From contig CAMWSU010000001.1 in assembly GCA_947176965.1 (NCBI GenBank), forward strand, positions 68,888-132,887: a stretch of 64,000 nt of DNA. Reading direction: 5' to 3'. How positions within the stretch are numbered: position 1 is the stretch's first letter; every line of letters starts with the position of its first letter. Shown here one piece after another: positions 17,898 to 26,118 of this stretch. Source of the DNA: an uncultured Lachnospiraceae bacterium (GTDB taxonomy: Bacteria; Bacillota; Clostridia; Lachnospirales; Lachnospiraceae). The position numbers were made by a program, and so were the translations under genes. The notes under the pieces were generated by a model. That model did no database searches and was not told where the DNA came from. It worked only from the letters and a program-made list of their open reading frames with translations.

Positions 17898-17937
17898 AAA
17901 CCGTCGGGCGGCGGGACCGTATCGCCGCCTGCGGTTT
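17898..17937 (+). other. GC-rich intercistronic hairpin between lipoprotein gene and SBP gene
   Basis: AAACCG..GGCGGCG-loop-CGCCGCC..CGGTTT gives about 15 bp of pairing. The U-tract is only the 3' stem end, so this may be a partial terminator or an mRNA stabiliser. Confidence 0.5.
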
Positions 17938-17979
17938 CACTAATGATATTCATGAAAAATGAAGGAGGAATCAAATAGC

Positions 17980-19437
17980 ATGAAATATTATAAGAAATTA
18001 CTTGCGCTCGGTCTCAGCGTGGTTATGCTTGCAGGTATGACGGCGTGCGGCGGCGGTGATGATAAGCCGGCGGCAAGCGATAACAATAATACACCTGCAG
18101 CAAGCGGTAACAATTCATCCGGCAACGATGACAATACGTCTGCGGACAATTCTGACGGCGGTAATACAGTGGGTCCGGCAGCCGAGACGAGAACGATCAG
18201 GATCGGTACATGGTACGATCACTTCTATGACAGTACGAACGAGAGCATTTGGGATGATACAACTGTATCCGATGAGGAGTTTGCGCAGGCGCATTTTGAT
18301 ATTGTCAAAGAGGTTGAGGAGAAGTACAATGTAAGAATCGAGTTCGTCAACCTGACCTTTAACGGTGTAAAAGAGTCCATTAACACCTCCATCTTAGCAG
18401 GACATCCGGACTGTGATATTTATGAGGTGGATTTGGGCTTCGGTATCGCGGCAGCATTGAACGGCTATGCAGTGAATCTGCGGGAGCTCGTTCCTGATGC
18501 GGATATTTGCAACGACCAGATGATCTTTGCGCCGACCAATATCGGTCTGAAGGATGGCAGTATTTATTTGTTTACGGCTGTTTCTAAGGAGGCAGAGCTT
18601 TATAACACCTATATGCTTGCTTACAATAAGCAGATTTTGGATGATGCGGGTCTTGAGTATCCCGAGGATCTGTATGAGAGAGGCGAGTGGACATGGGATA
18701 AGTGGCGTGAGTATATGATCCAGTTGACACAGGATACAAACGGTGACGGCGTGATCGATCAGTACGGCTACTGCTCCCGCTGGGATTTCACCGTGTATAA
18801 TCTCTTAATGTCGAATGGCACGACGATGGCATCCACCGATACAGAGACACTTTCCAGCCCGGAAGTTGGTGAAGTGATTGACTTCATGTACAATATGTGG
18901 GCGGTGGACAGAGTGGCAAAGCCGTGGAATTCGGATGATTTTGACTCCAACCAGAACTCTTATACTGACGGCAATATTGCATTTTGGGCAACTGCAGCAT
19001 GGATTTCCGATGCAAACAAAGATATTGATTGTGACTTCGACGTCGTATGGTGCCCGTGGCCGATCGGACCGAACGGAAATCAGGAGACCAATAATCTCCG
19101 TAACCTGTCCTCAGGTAATGCGTATATGATCCCGACCGGTGTGGAAGATCCGGAATTCGTTTACCATGTATTTGAGGATTGGGCGAACTGGTATCATGGC
19201 GATACTGAATTCCGTGATTCTAACGTAACATGGTGGGAAGACTGTGCGATGACCGAAGAGAACTTTGCGGTTATGGAATATCTCGGTTCGAGAGATCAGT
19301 TTGACCTTTGGAATTCCTTCGGGCTGAAATGGGATGATGACTGGGTAAAAGTCTTAAATGGCGAGATGACCCCGGCACAGTTCCAGGAGACATGGAAGCA
19401 GCCGATGCAGGATTCCCTGGATAGCTTCTTTAAGTAA
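17980..19437 (+). CDS. ABC transporter substrate-binding lipoprotein (manno-oligosaccharide-binding candidate)
   Basis: ATG 17980 follows GAAGGAGGA. Lipobox LAGMTAC-GG and a low-complexity S/N/D linker, then a family-1 SBP-like body of about 485 aa. Its position next to the two permeases resembles characterised Roseburia-type mannan loci. Confidence 0.85.
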   Translation: MKYYKKLLALGLSVVMLAGMTACGGGDDKPAASDNNNTPAASGNNSSGNDDNTSADNSDGGNTVGPAAETRTIRIGTWYDHFYDSTNESIWDDTTVSDEEFAQAHFDIVKEVEEKYNVRIEFVNLTFNGVKESINTSILAGHPDCDIYEVDLGFGIAAALNGYAVNLRELVPDADICNDQMIFAPTNIGLKDGSIYLFTAVSKEAELYNTYMLAYNKQILDDAGLEYPEDLYERGEWTWDKWREYMIQLTQDTNGDGVIDQYGYCSRWDFTVYNLLMSNGTTMASTDTETLSSPEVGEVIDFMYNMWAVDRVAKPWNSDDFDSNQNSYTDGNIAFWATAAWISDANKDIDCDFDVVWCPWPIGPNGNQETNNLRNLSSGNAYMIPTGVEDPEFVYHVFEDWANWYHGDTEFRDSNVTWWEDCAMTEENFAVMEYLGSRDQFDLWNSFGLKWDDDWVKVLNGEMTPAQFQETWKQPMQDSLDSFFK

Positions 19438-19479
19438 TCCGCTATTGATCGTTATGAAGCAGCATTGAAAAGCAGGAAT

Positions 19480-19510
19480 GCCGCCGCATATCCAAGTGGT
19501 GTGCGGCGGC
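19480..19510 (+). terminator. Terminator-like GC hairpin after SBP gene
   Basis: GCCGCCGCA-13 nt-TGCGGCGGC. There is no clean T-run. Confidence 0.4.
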
Positions 19511-19594
19511 GGTCATGCTGATTTGTACGAAGCGTCATGTTTTCGGACAGAAACGGCGCGGCAGACTATATAGAAAGGGAACAGGGAGGGAAAC

Positions 19595-20230
19595 TTGTTT
19601 CGCAGCGATAGTCTTTTTTCAAGATTTATGGGAATGCTCTGTGATATTTTATGGGTAGGCATTTTGTGGATACTCGGATGCATTCCGATCATTACGGCAG
19701 GCGCGTCAACGACGGCGGCATATTACGCGATGACAAAGTCGGTGCGTCATAAGACCGGTTATATCCATAAGGAATTTTTGCACTCATGGAGAGCGAATTG
19801 GAAGCAGGCGACAGTCATGACGCTGGTGTTTGTGATCGCTGCCCTGGTCATTGTGTTTGACATCCGCTATGTATGGGTGAATGACAATAAGTTAAACAGC
19901 GCGCTGTTCATGGTGCTGCTGTTGGTTTCGTTTTTGATCGCCTCCGTTACGGTTTATTTTTGTCCGTTTTTATCTAGATTTGAAAAGAAAAACTTAGAAA
20001 TGCTGAAATTTACGGCATTTGCGGCGTTTAAGTATCTGCCGCTCACATTTGGGATCATTGTGCTTTTTGTACTTGCCGTGATCGGTGTGTATCTGATGCC
20101 ATGGTCTGTGTTTGTGATCCCGGGCGTTTATTTGTTCCTGCTGACTTATCCGATGGAGTATGTGATGTTGAAATTCATGCCCGTTCCGGAGGAAGGAAGC
20201 GAGGAAGCGGAAAAGTGGTATTATCAATAG
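19595..20230 (+). CDS. DUF624/YesL-like integral membrane protein (copy 2)
   Basis: TTG start 5 nt after GGGAGGG. ILWVGILWILGCIPIITAGASTTAAYYAMTKSVRHK parallels copy 1. Both copies end ...EDAWYYE / ...EKWYYQ. Confidence 0.75.
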   Translation: MFRSDSLFSRFMGMLCDILWVGILWILGCIPIITAGASTTAAYYAMTKSVRHKTGYIHKEFLHSWRANWKQATVMTLVFVIAALVIVFDIRYVWVNDNKLNSALFMVLLLVSFLIASVTVYFCPFLSRFEKKNLEMLKFTAFAAFKYLPLTFGIIVLFVLAVIGVYLMPWSVFVIPGVYLFLLTYPMEYVMLKFMPVPEEGSEEAEKWYYQ

Positions 20231-20346
20231 AAAGAAAGCTACGGCCGTTTTTTTACGGCTGTTCATATAAAGTATTGTTACATAGATGGATTTGGTATTA
20301 ATCAGGTATGTTCCATGAGGGATACAGAGGGAAGCATAGGTGGGGC

Positions 20347-21369
20347 ATGAATAAGAATGTGACGATGAAGAACATAGCCGATGCTTTGGGTGTCAGCACC
20401 GTTACTGTTTCAAAGGCGTTGTCGGATAAGGACGGTGTCGGTGAACAGCTCCGCCGGAGCATTAAGCAGAAGGCCGATGAGATGGGCTATTGCCACAGTG
20501 TATCAAAGGCGAAATGTGTTTCGGACAGTTCCAAATTTAATATCGGTGTGATCGTTGCAAGCAATTATGTGGATCCGGATTCGTACGCGTTCTATTTGAA
20601 GGTGTATCATTATATTATCCTTGCTTTAACAAAGTGCAATTATTCTGGCATTATGGAGATCATTTCGGATGACATGCGCGACAACTTGGCGATGCCCGTT
20701 GTTGCGGCGGAGCGTAAGGTGGACGGCATTATTGTTTTAGGGCAGTTTACGACCGCTTATGTGCAGAAAGTGAAAGATACGGGAATCCCGCTTGTTCTTT
20801 TGGATTTTTATGATGGGGAAGTGGAAACCGACAGTGTGGTCACGGATAATGTATACGGTGCATACAGGCTGACGGAATACTGTATTGATAAGGGACATAA
20901 AAAGATTGCGTTTGTCGGAAGCATTCATGCGACGGCTTCCATACTTGACCGTTATCTTGGCTATTATCGGGCGCTGCTGGTGCATGGAATCGAACCGAGA
21001 GCAGATTATGTGCTGGAGGATAGGGATGAGAACTGCCTGTTCAAAAGTGAGATCGCTCTGCCGGAAGACATGCCGAGCGCATTTGTATGTAATTGCGATG
21101 AGCTTGCCTATCTGCTGATAGAGCAGCTTCGGAACAAAGGGCTGCGTGTGCCGGAGGACGTGTCCGTGGTCGGATTCGATAACTATACGTTTATCGGTCA
21201 TCTTACTTATCAAAAGCTGACAACGGTTGCAGTTAATGTGGAAGTGATGGCGGGTGAGGCGGTTTCCCTGCTGATCAGCCAGATCGAGGGCGGTGCGCCG
21301 TCCAATGTCAGAAAGGTCATCGACGGAACACTCTTAATCAGAGATTCCGTGAAAGATATTAGTAAATGA
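20347..21369 (+). CDS. LacI-family transcriptional regulator
   Basis: N-terminal HTH MKNIADALGVSTVTVSKALSDKDGV followed by a periplasmic-binding-protein-like sugar-sensor fold. The start is uncertain (20308, 20347 or 20365). Confidence 0.9.
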   Translation: MNKNVTMKNIADALGVSTVTVSKALSDKDGVGEQLRRSIKQKADEMGYCHSVSKAKCVSDSSKFNIGVIVASNYVDPDSYAFYLKVYHYIILALTKCNYSGIMEIISDDMRDNLAMPVVAAERKVDGIIVLGQFTTAYVQKVKDTGIPLVLLDFYDGEVETDSVVTDNVYGAYRLTEYCIDKGHKKIAFVGSIHATASILDRYLGYYRALLVHGIEPRADYVLEDRDENCLFKSEIALPEDMPSAFVCNCDELAYLLIEQLRNKGLRVPEDVSVVGFDNYTFIGHLTYQKLTTVAVNVEVMAGEAVSLLISQIEGGAPSNVRKVIDGTLLIRDSVKDISK

Positions 21370-21409
21370 GCGCAAAGGCGCATCAAAGAAAGGGAAAAGG
21401 AGAACTAGT

Positions 21410-22435
21410 ATGAGCGAAGTAAAAATGTTGAATTGCCCGGAGGTTAAGAATGTGCCTTGGCAGGAGAAACCGGAAGGGATCATCGGGGCGCCGATCTGGA
21501 GATACACGGAGAATCCGATCATCGGCAGAAATCCGGTGGAGAATGTGGCACGGATTTTTAACAGTGCGGTTATGCCTTATGGAGATGAATTTATCGGTGT
21601 GTTCCGCGGTGAGCAGACAAACGGCATTCCTTATATCTATCTCGGGCACAGCAAGGATGCGATCCACTGGGAGTTTGATAAGGAAAAGATTCCGTTCAAG
21701 GATGAGAACGGCAATGATTTCATGCCGATCTATGCATACGATCCTCGTCTGGTGAAGGTGGAGGATACCTATTACATCATTTGGTGTCAGGATTTCTACG
21801 GGGCTTCCATCGGTATGGCAAAGACAACAGATTTTAAGACCTTTACGAGACTGGAAAATCCGTTCATTCCGTTTAACAGAAACGCAGTACTGTTTCCGAG
21901 AAAAATAAACGGAAAGTATATGTTGTTAAGCCGTCCTTCCGACAGCGGGCATACGCCGTTCGGCGACATTTTCTTAAGCGAGAGCCCGGACATGGTATAC
22001 TGGGGCAGACATCGCCATGTGATGGGACGCAGCAGCGAGTGGTGGGAGTCCGTGAAGATCGGCGGCGGTGCCGCTCCGATCGAGACGACCGAGGGATGGC
22101 TGTTATTCTATCACGGCGTATCCGGAACTTGCAACGGTTTTGTATATTCCATCGGCGGTGCGATCCTTGATATTGATAATCCGTCCAAGGTGCTTTACAG
22201 ATGTGAGAATTTCCTGCTGACACCGGAGGAGTGGTATGAGGAGAGAGGCTTTGTTCCGAATGTCTGCTTCCCCTGTGCGACGATCCATGATCCGGTATCC
22301 GGTAAGATCGCGCTGTATTACGGATGCGCGGACAGCTATGTCGGACTGGCATTTACAAAACTGGATGAGATTGTAGATTACATTAAGACACACAGCCATG
22401 TAACGGACAACGATACCGAGCTTGGTATCCGCTAA
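21410..22435 (+). CDS. GH130 phosphorylase, beta-1,4-manno-oligosaccharide phosphorylase-like (short GH130_2 type)
   Basis: 341 aa. PWQEKPEGIIGAPIWRYTENPIIGRNP..., ...AYDPRLVKVEDTYYIIW and ...GGGAAPIETTEGWLLFYHGV are typical GH130 blades. AAAAGGAG RBS. Confidence 0.85.
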   Translation: MSEVKMLNCPEVKNVPWQEKPEGIIGAPIWRYTENPIIGRNPVENVARIFNSAVMPYGDEFIGVFRGEQTNGIPYIYLGHSKDAIHWEFDKEKIPFKDENGNDFMPIYAYDPRLVKVEDTYYIIWCQDFYGASIGMAKTTDFKTFTRLENPFIPFNRNAVLFPRKINGKYMLLSRPSDSGHTPFGDIFLSESPDMVYWGRHRHVMGRSSEWWESVKIGGGAAPIETTEGWLLFYHGVSGTCNGFVYSIGGAILDIDNPSKVLYRCENFLLTPEEWYEERGFVPNVCFPCATIHDPVSGKIALYYGCADSYVGLAFTKLDEIVDYIKTHSHVTDNDTELGIR

Positions 22436-22456
22436 GACGTGTGAAATCGTGGGATA

Positions 22457-22494
22457 CAAAAGAACAGGAGAGTCAGCTTCTCCTGTTCTTTTGT
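22457..22494 (+). terminator. Rho-independent terminator after GH130_2
   Basis: AAAAGAACAGGAGA-loop-TCTCCTGTTCTTTT, a 14-bp stem with a T-run. Confidence 0.85.
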
Positions 22495-22540
22495 GGTATT
22501 ATATGGTATACTGCAAAGGGCAGAGTTAAGCAGACAAGGA

Positions 22541-22554
22541 AAAACGATCGTTTT
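22541..22554. promoter_or_regulatory. Perfect 14-bp palindrome AAAACGATCGTTTT, candidate LacI-type operator
   Basis: It lies 73 nt upstream of the esterase start. It is nested inside a larger GGGCAGAG...CTCTGCCC inverted repeat (22518-22569). Confidence 0.35.
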
Positions 22555-22626
22555 CCCGGGGCTCTGCCCGGAACAAATAATAGTGCGAGATACCAATCAT
22601 AAAATGAGTAAATAAGGAGATACAGT

Positions 22627-23742
22627 ATGGCTTATCAGATTCAGACCGAAAAAGGTTTGGTGAACAGAGGAAACTGGTACCGGCTCAAGGAGTGCATGCG
22701 GCGCGCTGAGGGCGGTGACCGCATCACGATCGGTTTTTTAGGCGGTTCCATCACACAGGGAGCTGTCGCTGAAACGCACACGACCTGCTACGCGTATCTT
22801 GTATTTGACTGGTGGGTAAAAAAATTCCCGAAAACCGCATTTACCTATGTCAACGCCGGTATCGGAGGAACTACTTCACAGTTTGGCGCGGCAAGGGCGC
22901 AGAGCGACCTTCTTTCCAGCCGGCCGGACGTCGTGTTTGTGGAGTTTTCCGTCAATGATGAAAATAATGATTTCTTCAAAGAGACTTATGAGGGACTTGT
23001 CAGAAAGATTTATGACGCGCCGTTAAAGCCGGCGGTCACGCTCATTCATAATGTCATGTATGATCACGGAAAGACGGCGCAGGAAATCCATCAGGCGGTC
23101 GGAACGTATTATGATCTTCCCTGTGTGGCAATGAAGCCGACTATTTATGCGGAGGTCGAAGCGGGCAGGATTCCGAACCGTGATATTACGCCCGATGATC
23201 TGCATCCGAATACGGCGGGGCATGCGCTGGTTGCCTCGGTGATCATTGCATATTTGGAGAAGGTTTATGCGGAGCTGTCCAAAGAGGAAGCGCCGCCGAA
23301 AGCAATGCCCGCACCATTGACGGACAATCACTATCAGAACAGCGTGCGTCTGCAGAACAATAACGCGTCGCCCGTTTTAGACGGCTGGACGGCGGATCTG
23401 ACGCCGCAGCGTCTGGTTTTGGAAGGGTTTCGTAACGGCTGGACGGCAGGAAAACAGGGGGCAAAGATTACGTTTGAGGCAGAGGGAAGCGAGATTGCGG
23501 TGCAGTACCGGAAGACGATCACGCAGCCTGCGCCGATTGCAAAGGCGGTCGTGGACGGGGATGAGAAAAACGCGGTGATCCTGGATGCCAATTTTGACGA
23601 GACATGGGGAGACTGCCTTTTTATGCAGAATCTTCTCGTGCATGGGGAGAACCGGAAGCATACCGTGGAGATCACGCTGACGCAGACACATGAGGATGAC
23701 GCATCCTTATTTTACTTAATATCGTTGATCATATCACACTAG
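22627..23742 (+). CDS. SGNH-hydrolase acetyl-mannan esterase with C-terminal CBM35-like domain (RiCE17-like)
   Basis: Block I is FLGGS(41)ITQG and block V is D(190)DLH(193)PN. The residue numbering matches what I recall for the Roseburia CE17 2-O-acetyl-mannan esterase. The C-terminal ~150 aa beta-rich domain and the 371-aa length also fit. Confidence 0.75.
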   Translation: MAYQIQTEKGLVNRGNWYRLKECMRRAEGGDRITIGFLGGSITQGAVAETHTTCYAYLVFDWWVKKFPKTAFTYVNAGIGGTTSQFGAARAQSDLLSSRPDVVFVEFSVNDENNDFFKETYEGLVRKIYDAPLKPAVTLIHNVMYDHGKTAQEIHQAVGTYYDLPCVAMKPTIYAEVEAGRIPNRDITPDDLHPNTAGHALVASVIIAYLEKVYAELSKEEAPPKAMPAPLTDNHYQNSVRLQNNNASPVLDGWTADLTPQRLVLEGFRNGWTAGKQGAKITFEAEGSEIAVQYRKTITQPAPIAKAVVDGDEKNAVILDANFDETWGDCLFMQNLLVHGENRKHTVEITLTQTHEDDASLFYLISLIISH

Positions 23743-23754
23743 AAAGAGGTTACC

Positions 23755-26076
23755 ATGTTTCGAGATGATTTTGTCTGGGGCGTAGCGGCAAGTGCGTACC
23801 AGATCGAGGGAAAAGAACCGGGGGACGGTATCGGAAAAGGCATATGGGATATCTATGCTGACGAAGGGAAAATATATGGCGGACACCGTGCGGAGATCGC
23901 GTGCGATCATATGCACCGTTATGAGGATGATTTTGCGATCATGGGTGCGCTCGGTATCAAGGCGTATCGTTTTTCGGTCAATTGGTGCCGGATCCTGCCG
24001 GAGGGAACGGGAAAAGTCAATGAAAAGGGCGTTCTTTTTTATCGCGATCTGATCAAGAGCATGCTGAAAAACGGTGTGACGCCGTATCTGACGCTCTATC
24101 ACTGGGAGCTGCCGCAGGCGCTCCAGAATCAGGGCGGCTGGCTGAACGAGAAGTCGATCGAATGGTTCGGCGAGTATGCGCGGGTCATTGCAGAACGGTT
24201 TTCCGATCTGGTTGAGCATTTCATTACGCTCAATGAGCCGCAGTGCTTTGTTGGACTTGCCCACCTGCGGGGCGTGCAGGCACCCGGATTAAAGATGTCC
24301 TACACAGAGACCTTTCAGATCGCGCACAATGCGCTGCGCGCGCACGGGCAGGCGGTCATCAATCTGCGCAAATACGCGTGCCGTCCGGTCAAGGTCAGTA
24401 TTTCTTTGACATGCGGCGTGGCGATCCCGAAGACGGATGCGCCTGAGGATATTGAGGCGGCACGGAAGGTCTATTTCGGTTTCTATAATGATATGGACAA
24501 TTGGGCATGGAATATGGGCTGGTTTTCGGATGCGGTCTTTCTTGGAAAATACCCCGAGGAGGGTGTACGGAAATTCGAAAAATGGCTGCCGAAGATCACG
24601 AAAGAGGATATGGAGCTGATCTCACAGCCGCTCGATTTCATGGGAACAAATATTTACAACGGCTATTATATCCGGGCAGGAGAGAACGGTGAGCCGCAGT
24701 TTCTGGATTATGAATACGGCGCGCCGCAGACGGCAACGGGCTGGCCGATGACACCGGAGTGTATATACTGGGGACTGCGCTTTGCCTATGAGCGTTATCA
24801 TCTGCCGATTCACGTGACGGAGAACGGCGTCTGCTATCGGGATATTGTGTCCCCGGACGGGCGCGTGCATGATACGAACCGCAGTACGTTTTTGGATGCG
24901 TATTTGTCTGAGGTGCAGAGAGCGGCAGACGAGGGTGTGGATGTCAGAGGTTATTTTTTATGGACGTTTTTGGATAATTTTGAGTGGTCGGAAGGTTACA
25001 AAGACCGGTTCGGCATCATTTATGTGGATTATGCGACGCAGAAGCGGACGGCAAAGGACTCCGCATACTGGTATGCGGAAACGATCAGAACAAACGGAGG
25101 GAATTTGAGCATGAATCAGGAAGTAAAATCAATCTTATTTTTGAATCCGGTATTCAAGCAGATGATCTGGGGAGGAAACCGCCTTGGGACGGACTGGGGG
25201 TATCCGATACCCGGCGACGACACGGGCGAGTGCTGGGCTGTCAGCGCGCATCCGAACGGGGACTGCGCTGTGCGCGAGGGCGTGTATGCGGGCAGGACGC
25301 TGTCCGAGCTCTGGGAGAAAGAACCTGCGCTGTTCGGAAATACCGGGCTGGATCGTTTTCCGCTTCTCATCAAGATCATTGACGCGAAATCGGACTTAAG
25401 CATTCAGGTGCATCCCGATGACGCATATGCAAAAAAGAATGAGAACGGCTCTCTCGGCAAGACGGAGTGCTGGTACATTTTAGACTGCCCCGATGACGCG
25501 GCGCTCGTGATCGGGCACAACGCGTCCTCCAAAGAAGAGCTTCGTGAGATGATCGAGGGAAAGCGCTGGGGTGAGCTGATCCGCGAGATCCCCGTGAAAA
25601 AGGGAGATTTCATTCAGATCGATCCCGGAACGGTGCATGCGATCAAGGGCGGGCTGATGATCTTAGAAACACAGCAGAACAGCGATATTACCTATCGTGT
25701 CTACGATTATGACCGTTTGAGTAACGGGAAGCCGCGCGAGCTTCATATAGAAAAAAGCATTGATGTCATCACCGTGCCCGCAAAGCCGGTGGAGGAGAGT
25801 GTCATGACGCCTGCCGGACTTCCGGAAAACCAGATGAATCCGCTGATCGCATGTGATTATTATAAGGTATGGAAACTGGATGTGACTGCGCCCGTAACAT
25901 TTTCGCAGGACGAGCCGTTCCTGATCATGAGCGTGATCGAAGGCAGCGGTCTTATAGACGGACAGCTTATCAAAAAGGGAGATCATTTCATTCTGCCGTC
26001 GGGCTATGGAACGTACAGCATACAGGGAAACCTGGAGATCATTGCGTCAACAATTAAAAATGAGAAGAATTTCTAA
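23755..26076 (+). CDS. In-frame fusion: GH1 beta-glucosidase/mannosidase (aa 1-452) + class I mannose-6-phosphate isomerase (aa 453-773)
   Basis: GH1 motifs are ITLNEPQ (acid/base) and VTENG (nucleophile). From ATG 25111 the sequence MNQEVKSILFLNPVFKQMIWGGNRLGTDWGYPIPGDDTGECWAVSAHPNG...QVHPDD...TECWYIL is a Bacillus-type PMI. No stop separates the two parts. Confidence 0.85.
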   Translation: MFRDDFVWGVAASAYQIEGKEPGDGIGKGIWDIYADEGKIYGGHRAEIACDHMHRYEDDFAIMGALGIKAYRFSVNWCRILPEGTGKVNEKGVLFYRDLIKSMLKNGVTPYLTLYHWELPQALQNQGGWLNEKSIEWFGEYARVIAERFSDLVEHFITLNEPQCFVGLAHLRGVQAPGLKMSYTETFQIAHNALRAHGQAVINLRKYACRPVKVSISLTCGVAIPKTDAPEDIEAARKVYFGFYNDMDNWAWNMGWFSDAVFLGKYPEEGVRKFEKWLPKITKEDMELISQPLDFMGTNIYNGYYIRAGENGEPQFLDYEYGAPQTATGWPMTPECIYWGLRFAYERYHLPIHVTENGVCYRDIVSPDGRVHDTNRSTFLDAYLSEVQRAADEGVDVRGYFLWTFLDNFEWSEGYKDRFGIIYVDYATQKRTAKDSAYWYAETIRTNGGNLSMNQEVKSILFLNPVFKQMIWGGNRLGTDWGYPIPGDDTGECWAVSAHPNGDCAVREGVYAGRTLSELWEKEPALFGNTGLDRFPLLIKIIDAKSDLSIQVHPDDAYAKKNENGSLGKTECWYILDCPDDAALVIGHNASSKEELREMIEGKRWGELIREIPVKKGDFIQIDPGTVHAIKGGLMILETQQNSDITYRVYDYDRLSNGKPRELHIEKSIDVITVPAKPVEESVMTPAGLPENQMNPLIACDYYKVWKLDVTAPVTFSQDEPFLIMSVIEGSGLIDGQLIKKGDHFILPSGYGTYSIQGNLEIIASTIKNEKNF

Positions 26077-26118
26077 ATCTAAAGCTCATTTCGCCAGTGA
26101 AAGTGGAGAGGAATCAAG

